A stretch of DNA of 62,346 nt, filler included, from Stramenopiles sp. TOSAG23-3 (lineage: Eukaryota), in the NCBI GenBank assembly GCA_900128585.1. It is 6 parts of 6 records of this genome, joined end to end, with 100 filler letters (N's around TTAATTAATTAA, not from the genome) between each part and the next. Parts side by side here need not be neighbours in the genome. Positions count along the whole stretch, not along the records: positions 26,865 to 53,609 come from LT642269.1; 5 more parts are not named here. One strand, written 5' to 3'. The notes beneath the pieces are model-generated. The model was not told the DNA's origin and ran no database searches. It saw only the letters and a program-made list of their open reading frames with translations. The position numbers and the translations under genes are program-made. The first letter of the stretch is position 1. The number at the start of each line of letters is the position of its first letter. Positions 35,801-45,737 of the stretch are shown piece after piece.

Positions 35801-36093
35801 CGCAGGCGCAGCACGTTCAGAATTGCTGCCTCGTTCAGGTGAGGTAGCAAGATCAAATCAGACACTATGGCATTATCGCCTTTGTCTCCTGTAACGTGGG
35901 CTTCACTTTTTGGTACATTTCGCTGCAATATTTCCTCTTGTCCTGAGTTTGTCAAAATCTCTATGTCGTATTCTTCCTCGTTCACTTCCTCGCAAAATTC
36001 TGTCGTTACTACCAGAGGGCTTGTCGAGCACACTCTTGCCGGTTGCCATACTTTAGTCCGGTGGCGAACCCACACTGCCGCACCAACCTCCAT
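29866..36093 (-). CDS. Myosin heavy chain: SH3-like N-terminus, motor domain, multiple IQ motifs, long coiled-coil tail
   Basis: P-loop GESGAGKT, LEAFGNARTLRNDNSSRFGK, DIFGFE, NSFEQLCINYANE, HYIRCIKPN; IQ repeats (LQAHFRRY, IQSVYRKS, LQKQFRMR). First ATG is at 36093. Confidence 0.96.
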   Translation of the reverse strand: MEVGAAVWVRHRTKVWQPARVCSTSPLVVTTEFCEEVNEEEYDIEILTNSGQEEILQRNVPKSEAHVTGDKGDNAIVSDLILLPHLNEAAILNVLRLRYDNDNIYTATGPIIIAVNPFKRMKIYGQQIMKDYLPDIKVANQGISNQQLLPPHVFGVARAAFVSMRNSQKGHQNQSVLISGESGAGKTVSTKHVMQYLATAGAILGQGSVSKASKKKPAAKASGSSWEGIAQQILQSNPILEAFGNARTLRNDNSSRFGKFIKMRFDDQGTLVGASIQTYLLEKVRLVQQAHGERNYHIFYQMAAGASEEESELWQVFPLEGCKYTNQSDCYERADGVDDAEEWNYTRQAMDVMGFTPEEQNSLFTTTSALMHLSCVEFISLSKGFKSGEEGCRIGLYEAAAAAASLIEVSSDDMETVLCSRTIEAGGQKHIVPNSKERAEFARDAMAKCIYGKMFNWIVQRINQAIQTTSKRAGSFIGILDIFGFEVFQTNSFEQLCINYANESLQQQFNQFMFKLEQNIYEKEGIDWSFINFPDNAECLSLIEKSRTGIIALLDETCIFPKGTDPMFARKLYQNCTENSNFVATKKNVVDNQFVIRHYAGEVTYNTEGFCDKNKDKLHQDIMDLLKMAGLPLIRTLFSDEFANIELNLTQTPTKNSSTKSRTPGSGRRRSSRYSSVSAISTGSQFKSQLGALMATINETAPHYIRCIKPNDENEPESFHPQRIVAQLRYGGVLQAVQVARAGYPCRLRHKDFISTYRMLCPVKRRCKPKDACVRIIEKMNLPGDDAQVGKTKVFMRRSTFEALESARRLGVEKAATLLQAHFRRYAQEEKYLQIRDATLIICCFARGLKAKSIVRSMRERRASTKIQSVYRKSKERQKYLHFLRSVILTQSLNRIRKANRKCRSLRLIRSSFVLQKQFRMRRVRRVFLEQRNAVNKIASAVRIMNAKELRRMLYREAKEVGSLQKQLAKMKEQLKDADGGKRMTDEVQTLTEKLDAEIKSKTKVQADLAGHMDKCRRLEHEIIRLRKELDAVRQALTSEKDEEISLIREELIKERQLRESAEKRVIEFESRHLLDESKSRPKEVLLVHNLPEKDSGDVAAGSKLHVDTKINIPQEKGPGEEKDYIEAYKDRLIELENENENFRTLVEKMTSEKVRLKDDMDSLLKKQNNMVQAIESELLQKKMRKMELESRTQANSVDAGAINATLDPIDDLEKINMVDNLRNELTNLKQKLLASKTSLAQSREKAKEDAINYKVSMEKKWREIVKQQQEEWSKGVGTKASDLIIRITDLNLEINNLKAKNAQREKLEQNLDEDRGDLIQKIAALNAEVASLKQHLVEVKKQAEQDALIHKESKKKKAEETLTHKQEELSKSAAPDFIKTITGLNLEIDKLKAQLESYQNSDEIEINDGKKSKTVAKLRGKLSKEKAAAEEGKQELQRKIDTLNAKRTEESEKLQSLQEQVEKLLLEKKMDHEKVNAFESVKSEIAKLVEEKGRMPSPAPTTQLSGSTPRSFEADGAHQKLLEVTALLDGAMERNHKLRELHELSSEKELESRRLILQLETKEMDLQREIVKLNNRIRELQDLYSETTSKISEEDTFVDKWKESEMSRKQTEEEYQTLFEEFEAAKKNIIKLEKRLKEVQDTKNREMDDQSRSNTNEIQMLKNGLTQNEDELKKMQEAHKRLISQLELNKNTIIGMRASSGKLRDDNANLEKELSEARKLQETYRGQEKLRDDLVRVLQSRETTLTAKIEEYKTKELQALLKSKEEKYEKKSIGEVDGKDEPFEDSEEFNYISGLQTELSNLKDANTAYSEKVNLLEQQCQTLKASEIHRQNELESVQKQNKALHLENYERSEELLDRDKQKGVGKKEVEQQKKLAAMEKELEEKLRNAATMQGELDVLTETETELQEQVHDLEEQVTELEDVRTEQNSVIEELVQKYDALVEKQMNLENEQEDVHLESEENHRHALEMEHENEILREKIEDLKDKVAEIESKSEAHKELQLRNEEHEAEITKLSAKLERSKRKAESYKNLQKKLSKKNTELSRENKQLNIMVEDIRKRDEGAVTTSGGDDSSA

Positions 36094-37012
36094 ACTTACA
36101 ATACTGGTCAATTACTCATGCAATCGCTGAAAAAAGCGCTTTCTTTACTATAACATTAATAGAAGAAGAAACGATACTTAGTCTGTGGCGTGCACGAGCC
36201 AAATGAGTTTCCATCGAACGACCGCTGTTTTCCCTGGAATAATTATAATGTTCCTCTCCGTCTCCTCCGTGGCGCCCTCTTTTTTTTTTTCGCAATCGAT
36301 TTAAAATTGCAACAGCACCACTGCTGTATTAATAGTATTTTACACTCTATCTATCGTTATTACATCGGCATACCAGCTAAAAATAATAGTAATTTACAAA
36401 CTCACACACTTGGTTTGGACTGCAAAGTGCACTACGAGGAGAGGAAAGAAACCCTATATAATACATTACATTACTAATTAGTCTCATATAATAGCATATA
36501 AATAGCTAATGATAAATAAATAAAACTGGCAGAAATAAAATAGACGACTACGGAACACATTAAACTATTATAGTTGGTTCTCGCTCTTCTGCTGCACACG
36601 ACTACACACGACAAAAGAACTGAAAGTCAATCCACCCAGTTTTCCACTGATGATATTAATAGTCGTTATTTTTTTATTATTCTTTCCTTCGTTCTTCAGT
36701 CACGTAGATAGAAGGCAAAACAAAAATCATTTATTTTCCCACCGCTGCCCTGCTGCTGCCAGTAGTACCGGTAGCTGTTGGAATAGTAGTCGTCAAATAA
36801 CTACCTCGATTATTATGATAGAAACTCATGTACCAACACAAGAATAAATCAATCCCTTACAGTTTTTTACGGTGAAATATTTTCTTTCAACAAAGTTATA
36901 TCCCAATAGTTCTACTATTTGAAACGGGAAAGTAGCCTTTAACTCAAGGATCCCGATATTTATTTGGGTAAAAACATCTCTGTAAACTTGTTGCAACTCT
37001 GGCTACAGTACA

Positions 37013-40000
37013 ATGTTCTGGGGTACCCCGCGGAAGGTGGCTCTCTCCACTGAGCAAAAGGGCGAAACACCTAGACCTAGCACTGCCCCAGTCTTTAGTC
37101 CAGTGAAGAAGAAGGGCGTCATCCATGTACAAACCTCGCGTCCTCTGAAAAAGTTTAAACGCACCAGTAGAAAAGACGGGAGCACGCGAATTTTTGCAGG
37201 AAGTATAATTGTGAAGAATGATCAGCGTCCACAGACTATTGGCAGTAGGCTCACAAATTTTTTAAGCGTATCGTCCCTTACGCCCAACGCCCCTGAATAC
37301 GATAGTATGGCCTCACCTGGTGATGGGCAAGCTTTTGATATTGGAGACGCAAAAAACCGGGGAAAGTTGTTTCCCATTGGTCTGTGTATATACTCTTATG
37401 ATATGTCGGAGGAAAAAGATCGCTTCTTGAAGTACAATAAAACCCACACAATTGGTAAAGCCGTAAACAAAATAGATATGAATTATTGGGACGTGACAGA
37501 TTCAACACTGCAATTAGTAGGTCGCATGTTGCCCTCTTGCAAAGAGTTTTTTTGCCGCGGCGCAGAGAGAACAACTGATATAGGTTTTTCGGCTTTCTTT
37601 ATGCAAAGCTCTTCGTTGGTCAAGGCAGACATAAGTTACTCCCGCTTGCTGACCGATAACTCGGTGATTGCTTTGGCGAAATCTTGCAAAAATTTAACAT
37701 TTTTAGACGTGTCTCATTCTCGCCGTTTGACGGACGACAGCTTCGCGGCACTGGGTCAACACTGCACTGAGTTAATGACACTATATGCTTCTCATTGCCC
37801 TATGCTAGCAGATAACGGACTTATTAAACTGTGCGAAGGTTGTAAACAGTTGGTGGACACAGACCTGTCTCACTGTCCTCTGATTACTGACTACGGTTTG
37901 AGAGAGCTGGTGAATGGGTGCCGTGAACTGTCCCAATTAAAATGCGATGGAAACTCAAAAATTGACTGTTCATTATTTTGTGTCCCTGCTTTGGGTCAAG
38001 AAATGTCGTGTAATTTATTCATCAGTTGTCAGGTTCGCTCGTTTGTGTTGCAAGGGTGTAGTTTGATTGATGATGAACGCTTGTCCTGGTTGGCCCAGAG
38101 TTGCATGCACCTTCAATCGCTTGATATTTCAAATTGTCAGCATGTTTCTACGGTCGGTATAGATGCTCTCTCAAGTAAATGCACCAAATTAGAAGCTCTG
38201 AATGTTATTGGTTGTGGAGAAATTATCGATTACGCTGTTTGTAATTTGGCGCGAAACTGTCCAGATATGCGTGCTTTAGATTTAGCCGGGCATGAGTCCC
38301 TGTCTGACGCTTCCATCTCATTTATCGTGTCGGGATGCTTGCGACTAGAATATCTAAACTTGAGTGGTTTGAGAAACATATCAGATACTGTTTTTGTTCC
38401 AGCTGCTGAAATAGCTCAAGAAATGGAATCTATAAAAGGAACGCCAGAATATCTAAAATCTGTTCGCTCGAATCTCAGAAGTTTGCATTTGGCAGATGCA
38501 ATTTATTTGTCGGATGCTTCCCTAGGAGCTATTGGAATTCTATATAGCAAACTGTATGTCCTGGATATATCGAATTGTCAGCTGGTGACTAATATCGGCC
38601 TTGCAAAACTCTGTAAATATTGCAAAAAGCTGAAGAGCCTTTCAGCTAGCTATTGTCCTCGATTGTCTGATAAAGCTGTCACGTACATCACAAAGTACTG
38701 CCCTGACCTTGAAACTTTAAAGTTATCCGCCAGAAAGAGATCTGCGTGTTGCAAAAAAATTCAGGAAAAAAGTTTGGTAAAACTCCTCGTTAAATGCCTG
38801 AGATTGAAGGTATTGGAAATGTCTAATAGAATCCAGCTTACTGGAAAGGGTATCAAAACCGTAGAGGCGACAGACTTACGCTCTCTGAATATCTCCGGCT
38901 GTGAAAACGTTCGTCCAATTGGGATTGTTAAGTTAGTTTTAGCCTGTCCAAAATTGTATCATATTGATATTTCGAAATGCAAACACATGCCCCGAAAGTT
39001 TGTGTCAGAGCTATACCGTGTCCGCAAACCCTTCTGTGAAATTGGAAAAACGTTTAGAGGCATTTTCCCGGCAGAAAATGCAAGCCTGCTACGCCATCAG
39101 GCTGCGCATCAAAAACGGACTGCAAAAGAGAACTCCTCTGCGATACTGCTGCAGGAACGCTGGCGTGGTTGGCTGAAGGGTGAATTTACATTAATGTACT
39201 TGATTATTTGGACAAAAAACCTAAAGCGCAAGGCTGATGTTGAACGCTTAGCAACCCTAATTCAAAAGATTTTTAGGGGCAAACTTGGAAGAAGGCGTGC
39301 CCACCTGCGTCGTAAGACCATATCCGCACAGATCATTCAAAAAGCGTTTCGGGCTTACCTTGCCCTCAAGCGTTGGAAGCTTGATAACATTATGAACTTA
39401 TCAGCTGAAGTGATCCAAAGATCATGGAAGCATTACCAGTTCAAGTGCGTTAGTCTTGTCCAGCGTATACGAGCAGCTGTCCGAGAGCAAAGACGAAGAG
39501 AAGAAATAATTAGGAAAAGGTCAGAAAAACTGTATTTTTCGGCTCGATCTGTACAACAATTGTTCCGGTGTTTTAAAGCAAAGAAAGAACTGGCGCGTAG
39601 GCAAGAAGAGAGACGGACGGCCATATATGGGTCTGCACTTGTGACTGCTGCCCGCATGGTGAAGCATATAGAAATGGACGCCCCCGATCGACGATTTTTT
39701 TTCCGAGTCGATGGAGCTAAGCGCTACCCAGGACGATTTTGCCACCAGTGTAGAAACGCCCATGCCACTGTTATATGCTTTGGGTGTGGCAAAGACTTGT
39801 GTCCGGGCTGTGACCAAAAGATTCATGCCATTGGACGAAGATGCGCCCATCATCCGAAACGCTTGCCACTGCGAGTTAAGTTGCCAGGCGATCCTCGGTT
39901 TGAACCTCCTCTTCAGCGAGCTGGTGAAATTAGAGCAGATTGGCATGAGCTGGTCTTGCCGATAATAAAAATACAAAACTTGCGATATCGAACCCTTGCG

Positions 40001-43000
40001 GAGCTACGAGCTGTTGTGGCAGTCAAGTTGGAGAAAAAACGCAGGACGGAGGAAAAGGAAAGAAAAGAAACTGAGACTCGAAAGCTTCGTGGAATTGTTC
40101 GTTTCCAGGCGAACGTAAGGAGGTATCAGAAGAAAACAAAATGGCTGGACCTTATGGACGAATTACTAGAAGATCGTGATCAAGAAATTGCGGATTACAA
40201 AAAGAAGTGCGCAATTAGTATTCAGTCTCTATACCGGGGCTATTCTGTTCGAATATGGATCGTCACCTTAACAGTCGAGGATCCGAGAAAATTTTGGTAC
40301 CAAGTTCAGACAAGGAAGAGGGTCTTCGTTCCGTCTCTCGTAAAATTGTACGTACGAGAGAGCAAAAAATTGAGGGCTAGTTTCGGTACCAAACTCAAGG
40401 CATCAGCGGACCGTTACCGTGTGAAGGAAAAGTTGTGGACGAATAAAGCAAAGAACTTCCAAAAAAAAGCGGACGAATACACCGAAGAAAGTAGAGTGTT
40501 CGCAAAGAAGTGCAAAACATTGTCTCACCTTCAGCATGATCCTAGAAAACAACTGCAAGATTTTTGGAAGTTTCACAAGGCCCTAGTTGTGCGCTATGAG
40601 ATTTTTAAAAATGGGAAAGTATCCCAAAGGAAGGTGAATTCTCAAAACAAAGAATTTTTGGGTGTTCGTGTAGAAAGAGAATGCCGAAGGGACGCTGTGT
40701 TGACTGCCGATGGGTTGGCCCTTGACAAAGCTTTTGCTGTTAAGGACTTGGAGAGGCGAAACATAATGTCAGTCTTCGACAAACTGTCAGACCTAGAACA
40801 AGAACCGGAGGAAGAGGTCGTTCACAGCGATGAAGATCCCTACGATGACAGCGAAGATGATGAAGACGTCCCTGCTATAGACAGAAAAACTTACGATGCA
40901 ATGACGGAAGAAGAAAAGGAAGAGCATAGGATAAATGCTGAGCTCGAACGCCAGGACGCAGAGAAAAGAAAGCAAGAAAAGATTCAACGGAAGATAAAAG
41001 AAAAAGCGGTCCGCCAGAAGTACAGAATTAAGCGGCATCAAAAAATGATACGCTTGCGAAAAATTTGGCTGACAAAGCAGCGGTACAAAATCAGCGTACT
41101 CTTGCAGGAAGTGGACGCTGGGCGCCTTGAATTGGCCAAGCACGCGTACGAAAGTGCGAAAAATGAGTTTGTGCTTCAGGCTGACCACGAGAAAGCTGCT
41201 AGGCAACTAATGGAAATTGTGAAGATGCAAATACAAATAATTGCTGAAGACATGTGGGTTGAGGCTGACCTAACTCAGGCCGAACTAATGGATGGGGAAG
41301 GTTCTGAAATAGCGTTCAAGTCCATCACTAGGCGCGTTAATTTGAGACAGAAACGCCGAAAGCTGCAAGATGCCATTATGGAGATGAAAACAGACCTGTC
41401 CGGACGCTCTGCTGATCAAGTCTTAGTCCGAGAGCGTTATGTCGTTCCTGAGTGGTTGCCTGGAAAAATGAAGTGGAAGGTACAAGTCAGAACTGCACGT
41501 TTCGGAGAGAATGTTTTCGACCCCGACGATTGGTTTGCGTTGTACAGAGAAAAACCCTGGGGAGCGCATTTGAAGACGGACAAGAAGGCCCCACTTGTGC
41601 TAAGAAAACAAAACAAGAGGTTTGATAAGGCCATAGAGTTGGCAAGAAAAAAGCAAGACGTCAAAGCGGAAGCAGAGCGAGTCGCAAAGGCAGCACAAGA
41701 CCGCAAGGATGCCATCGCACAAGCGAAAGTAGACAAGAAAATGAAAGAACAACAAAAATTGCTGAACAACTACGGGGAAGTCCTTGCAGAGCTGCTGACA
41801 GAAGTATCCCAAGAACTGAGAGATAAGAGGGAATCAGATCGTCGAGCGAACAAAACGCGGTTTGAGCGGCTGAAGGAAGATGTCAATATGTTCTTTAATG
41901 GCGACAAGATCAGGGCGGAAGAGGAAATGAAACGCATCACCGCGTCCATTCGCTCCAAGCAAATGGGTAACTTGGGGTATATTGAAGGAATTGAATCAAT
42001 CAAAATGATTGTTGGCAAGGACGCCAACCAAGAATTCCAGCTGCTCCAAGACGAGTTGGTTGCAGAAGAAATGCCGCACTGGAAACGCCTTTCAAAAACT
42101 GTTGATAAACTTGTTGTCTGGTACATGAACACCATCGACAATGAAATGATGATCACAGATATCCAAGTCTCTCACGCAGAAGAAGGAAATTTCTACTTCA
42201 AATCCGAGGAATTCCGGACCAAAGGGTACAGTCCTGTGAGAGATGAAAATGAGGAGATGGATTTGATAATGTGGTACCGCCGAGTGCGGGACGATAATCC
42301 ACTGGAAAGTTTCGATGTCACGTTCACGTTGGATGAAGAACGGTCAATGCTTGACGATCACTTTGCAAAGATCAAAATGGACCTTGGATACGCTGGGCTG
42401 GCACCTTCCACGTACTTTTGGCAGAAAAAGTTCAAGAGTCGAATCAACAAGCCAGAGAAAGAAGTAACTGAGGACATGGTAAATAAGCAGATAAAGGGGT
42501 ACAAAGAGATTTTAGCGCAGGATCCGGACAATATCAAAGCCCAAAGGGCTATTAAGAAACTTAATATCGAGCTTGACGGTGTGCTGCAGAAGAAGAAACA
42601 AAAAGCAAAGAACAAGTTGAAAGACATGGTTGAATTTCTTGCAATGGGGGAAGATGATGTCATGGGCCTCATGGCAGCGTTTAAAGAAATGGATACCGAC
42701 GACAGTGGGGAGGTTAGTTTGGAAGAATTCTTTGACTATATTGATGTGGACAGGTCCATTTTTGGCGACAAGCTCTTCTCGTTTTTGGACGAGAGCAACG
42801 ATGGACAGTTGGATTTTCCTGAATTTTTCAACGCGGTGGGAACGTACTGCATGTTCGGTACGAACGAGTGGTTACAATTTGCCTTTGGGATGTTTGATCC
42901 CCATGGGAACGGCTACATCATGGAGCCAGAGTTGCGTGAACTTTTGGTAACAATACATGGCGACAACCCGCTGCACACTGGTGGGGTAGATCGAGTAATG

Positions 43001-43597
43001 GACGTGTTCGACAGAAACGGTGATGGAAAAGTTGAGTGGGATGAGTTTGCGTCTGTTAATAGGCGGTATGCGTCCATGTTCATGCCAATATTTCACATCC
43101 AAAAGAACATGCAAAGAAACTTTCTAGGACAGCGGTATTGGAACAGAAAAAAGGCACTGTTCGTCCAAGTGAGGGACCATATGAAGGAGGTACGGGTAAG
43201 AAATGCAAAATTGAACAAACAAAGGAGGCTGTATGAGAAGATGAAGAAGGAACGCGAGGAAGAATTGGCAAGAATTGCGGCAATACAAGAAGAGGCGGGC
43301 GTGGAAGTGACCGCTAATGCTGCGAATGTGTCGGCGAAAGGAGTCCCATTCGTAACCAAGGCACAGCTAGCACGGGCTGCTTACAATCCAAAAAAAGCGC
43401 TTGAGAAGATGGCGGTCGCAAACAAAGAGTTGCAAGCTAAGGCGGAGGAGGCAAAGTTTGTGGAGTCCAGGAAGGGTTTCAACGATCGCGCTGCTAAAAG
43501 AAAAGAAGACCGGAAGAAAAACCGTGAAGAGCAGCTTCAAAAAAGTGGGAAACTCACCCGGCGTGTAAAGACTCCAGGTGCTGCGGGGAAAATGTGA
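37013..43597 (+). CDS. 2,194-aa multidomain protein: Cys-containing (FBXL-type) LRRs, IQ motifs, B-box zinc finger, coiled coil, MABP-like region, four EF-hands
   Basis: Repeated LDISNCQxVTxxG units; IQKIFRGKLGRR; CHQCRNAHATVICFGCGKDLCPGCDQKIH; EF loops DTDDSGEVSLEEF, DESNDGQLDFPEF, DPHGNGYIMEPEL, DRNGDGKVEWDEF. Confidence 0.88.
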   Translation: MFWGTPRKVALSTEQKGETPRPSTAPVFSPVKKKGVIHVQTSRPLKKFKRTSRKDGSTRIFAGSIIVKNDQRPQTIGSRLTNFLSVSSLTPNAPEYDSMASPGDGQAFDIGDAKNRGKLFPIGLCIYSYDMSEEKDRFLKYNKTHTIGKAVNKIDMNYWDVTDSTLQLVGRMLPSCKEFFCRGAERTTDIGFSAFFMQSSSLVKADISYSRLLTDNSVIALAKSCKNLTFLDVSHSRRLTDDSFAALGQHCTELMTLYASHCPMLADNGLIKLCEGCKQLVDTDLSHCPLITDYGLRELVNGCRELSQLKCDGNSKIDCSLFCVPALGQEMSCNLFISCQVRSFVLQGCSLIDDERLSWLAQSCMHLQSLDISNCQHVSTVGIDALSSKCTKLEALNVIGCGEIIDYAVCNLARNCPDMRALDLAGHESLSDASISFIVSGCLRLEYLNLSGLRNISDTVFVPAAEIAQEMESIKGTPEYLKSVRSNLRSLHLADAIYLSDASLGAIGILYSKLYVLDISNCQLVTNIGLAKLCKYCKKLKSLSASYCPRLSDKAVTYITKYCPDLETLKLSARKRSACCKKIQEKSLVKLLVKCLRLKVLEMSNRIQLTGKGIKTVEATDLRSLNISGCENVRPIGIVKLVLACPKLYHIDISKCKHMPRKFVSELYRVRKPFCEIGKTFRGIFPAENASLLRHQAAHQKRTAKENSSAILLQERWRGWLKGEFTLMYLIIWTKNLKRKADVERLATLIQKIFRGKLGRRRAHLRRKTISAQIIQKAFRAYLALKRWKLDNIMNLSAEVIQRSWKHYQFKCVSLVQRIRAAVREQRRREEIIRKRSEKLYFSARSVQQLFRCFKAKKELARRQEERRTAIYGSALVTAARMVKHIEMDAPDRRFFFRVDGAKRYPGRFCHQCRNAHATVICFGCGKDLCPGCDQKIHAIGRRCAHHPKRLPLRVKLPGDPRFEPPLQRAGEIRADWHELVLPIIKIQNLRYRTLAELRAVVAVKLEKKRRTEEKERKETETRKLRGIVRFQANVRRYQKKTKWLDLMDELLEDRDQEIADYKKKCAISIQSLYRGYSVRIWIVTLTVEDPRKFWYQVQTRKRVFVPSLVKLYVRESKKLRASFGTKLKASADRYRVKEKLWTNKAKNFQKKADEYTEESRVFAKKCKTLSHLQHDPRKQLQDFWKFHKALVVRYEIFKNGKVSQRKVNSQNKEFLGVRVERECRRDAVLTADGLALDKAFAVKDLERRNIMSVFDKLSDLEQEPEEEVVHSDEDPYDDSEDDEDVPAIDRKTYDAMTEEEKEEHRINAELERQDAEKRKQEKIQRKIKEKAVRQKYRIKRHQKMIRLRKIWLTKQRYKISVLLQEVDAGRLELAKHAYESAKNEFVLQADHEKAARQLMEIVKMQIQIIAEDMWVEADLTQAELMDGEGSEIAFKSITRRVNLRQKRRKLQDAIMEMKTDLSGRSADQVLVRERYVVPEWLPGKMKWKVQVRTARFGENVFDPDDWFALYREKPWGAHLKTDKKAPLVLRKQNKRFDKAIELARKKQDVKAEAERVAKAAQDRKDAIAQAKVDKKMKEQQKLLNNYGEVLAELLTEVSQELRDKRESDRRANKTRFERLKEDVNMFFNGDKIRAEEEMKRITASIRSKQMGNLGYIEGIESIKMIVGKDANQEFQLLQDELVAEEMPHWKRLSKTVDKLVVWYMNTIDNEMMITDIQVSHAEEGNFYFKSEEFRTKGYSPVRDENEEMDLIMWYRRVRDDNPLESFDVTFTLDEERSMLDDHFAKIKMDLGYAGLAPSTYFWQKKFKSRINKPEKEVTEDMVNKQIKGYKEILAQDPDNIKAQRAIKKLNIELDGVLQKKKQKAKNKLKDMVEFLAMGEDDVMGLMAAFKEMDTDDSGEVSLEEFFDYIDVDRSIFGDKLFSFLDESNDGQLDFPEFFNAVGTYCMFGTNEWLQFAFGMFDPHGNGYIMEPELRELLVTIHGDNPLHTGGVDRVMDVFDRNGDGKVEWDEFASVNRRYASMFMPIFHIQKNMQRNFLGQRYWNRKKALFVQVRDHMKEVRVRNAKLNKQRRLYEKMKKEREEELARIAAIQEEAGVEVTANAANVSAKGVPFVTKAQLARAAYNPKKALEKMAVANKELQAKAEEAKFVESRKGFNDRAAKRKEDRKKNREEQLQKSGKLTRRVKTPGAAGKM

Positions 43598-44594
43598 ACT
43601 CTAAAGTTTTACTTCCTTCTTGTACTGCGATTTGTTTCTGCTCCTGTGTTTTCCTTGATCGATTTACTAAGTTAATCATTAATCTACACTATCGTCCTAT
43701 TGTGTACTCCAGTTAAGCAAGATGTGTACTGCAAAGATTCCATCTTCAAAATCCAAAATCGACTCCTTCCTCCAGTGTCTCAATCATAACTGATTCACGT
43801 CTTGTTAACAACCTTAAAGAAAACCCTTTTTTGAAAACAGGACAAACGATTTTAGAAATTTTAGGTAGGAAGTTTGCCCGAAATATGGTAGCCAATTTTT
43901 TGTTTAATTACTCAAGTCCCTAATTTGTGCCGAAAACCGGTTAGTTTTCATACTAAGTCCATGCTAATTTCTCAAAAAAAATTCTCAACAGCCTGCCCTA
44001 ATTTGTGCTTTGAGCGGTAAGTTTTTATTAGCTGTGCTATCATCGACAGCCAGTGGGAAATTTTCCCCCTTAACAGAAAGAAAAACGAAAAGGTATTGTG
44101 CGGTTTTTCATGAACAAAATACGACTACAGAAGAGAGCGACTAGAACACTTGACTTCTTTATTTTTAGGACTAGTATGAACGACTCATTCGAAGTACCGT
44201 ACCGTACCGCAGTCGACTGGGAGTCTGTCTTTGAGGACTTGTCTTTGCGAAATAGAAACTGCAAGCGAGAGAGAGAAGTTTTATAATATAATTTTTCATC
44301 GATAAAAAAATTATTAATAAGCAAAATTGATTCTTTTGATATTAGTCTATATATCTTAGCGAAGGTAGATCCTACATCCCTGAGCTAGAGAATACAAACA
44401 AACGCCTGAAGCAATGACATATGACATATGTATATCATTAGTTTTTTTATATGATATTCCAATGAACAATTACTAACATAGTCGTCTACCAAGTGATAAT
44501 GTTTCTTTTCTGTGTTAAAGGTGATCTGTACTCAACAAATCGATCCAATTCCCAATCAAACTCCCTGATAATTTCATCCTTTCTTTACATTACA

Positions 44595-44720
44595 TGAAGG
44601 AACGTAAACCTTTAATGGACAAAAGGGGCAGATTCATTTTCGTGGTACATGAGGAAGATAAATTTTAATTATCATACTTAAATAAAAACAAGAAAATTGG
44701 CTGTTATTTAAGTAGTTAAA
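44595..44720. repeat. Composite repeat: ~65-bp TGAAGGAACGTAAACCTTTAATGGACAAAA unit followed by the 42-bp element (minus orientation)
   Basis: First part matches 57413-57480; second part AAAAACAAGAAAATTGGCTGTTATTTAAGTA at about 44684-44714. Confidence 0.9.
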
Positions 44721-44928
44721 ATATACTGCGAACTGAATAACAGGTTCAAAGACATTTTTCAGGGAATACTTGTCGTAAATTGTTAAATATATAATTTATT
44801 TTCGAATATTTAACACATTTGTAGAAGAGCGACATACAAAATTTATCCATGAAAAGAGGCTCCATTCCTTCTACTTTTCCGTAAATATAAAATTATCAGT
44901 CGCTGATTGATTTATTTCTTTTTACATT

Positions 44929-45737
44929 TTAGATTTCAGATACAATTAAAGTTGCCTTTTTAATCCAATTCTGCCTCTTCGTATCGAAGCAGTACGGTCG
45001 CTCATACCACCATTTTCCGTACAGTGTCTGAACTATCTCCATTGATACGGACGCATTTGGGCAACGAAAGGGGATATCGTCCAGCAAGCACTCCACGCTA
45101 AACTTTGGAGAGCTGCACGTCCTGGTCAAAAAATTCTTACAGTTTTCTGGTTTGCGTAAATATGCGTTGTCCACATCGTTCAAAAACCCAGTAGAATCGC
45201 ACCAAATTGTTTCGGGAGTAGAACAGTCAATCAGATCTATTTGGCACAGTGGAGGCCCGGCTTTCCCGTGCTGAAACTTCAAATCGAACACCTTGAACCA
45301 ATAACCATATCGATCGACCTTTGGTTCCGTAAAGAAATACCTGTCTTCGACTAAGTAACCTTCCGAGTCCCCGTACTGTGCACCTAAAAAAATTTTAACT
45401 TGTTTGTGGCTTGCACTCAACACGTTCCGCAAACGCTTCATGGAAGATGGAAGCAAAAAGAAGTCAGCATCGTCTTCCCACGGCGGAAGCTTCCCATCAC
45501 GAAATATTGTCATTGCTGTTCCTTGGTGAGCAATATAATATATCTTGTTTCCTCGGGCAAAACGGCTCCAGAAAGAGAGTACTGATTTGAGATTAGTCTG
45601 CAGTGCGAGTGAGCTGTGACTGCAACTTCTGGTTCAAAAAGGAGTAGATGAAAACTTTCCGATATAAGGATAACATAAGCCACCGCAAAGGACAAGACAA
45701 TAAACACAATGGCACGCCTAGAGAACAAAACCGACAT
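44929..45737 (-). CDS. LicD/fukutin-family nucleotidyltransferase-fold protein with a type II signal anchor, split across two frames
   Basis: Frame A (ATG 45737) encodes a TM anchor. Frame B is open 45633-44929 and reads LKSVLSFWSRFARGNKIYYIAHQGTAMTIFRDGKLPPWEDDADF, matching the LicD GTxLGxxRxGxxIPWDDDxD signature; also QIDL and a LYGKWW end typical of the family. Confidence 0.7.

Noticed and set aside
45634-45636. Sec or readthrough at the TGA bounding the LicD frame
   Set aside because: That frame meets another stop (TAG) upstream before any ATG, and the anchor is in a different frame.
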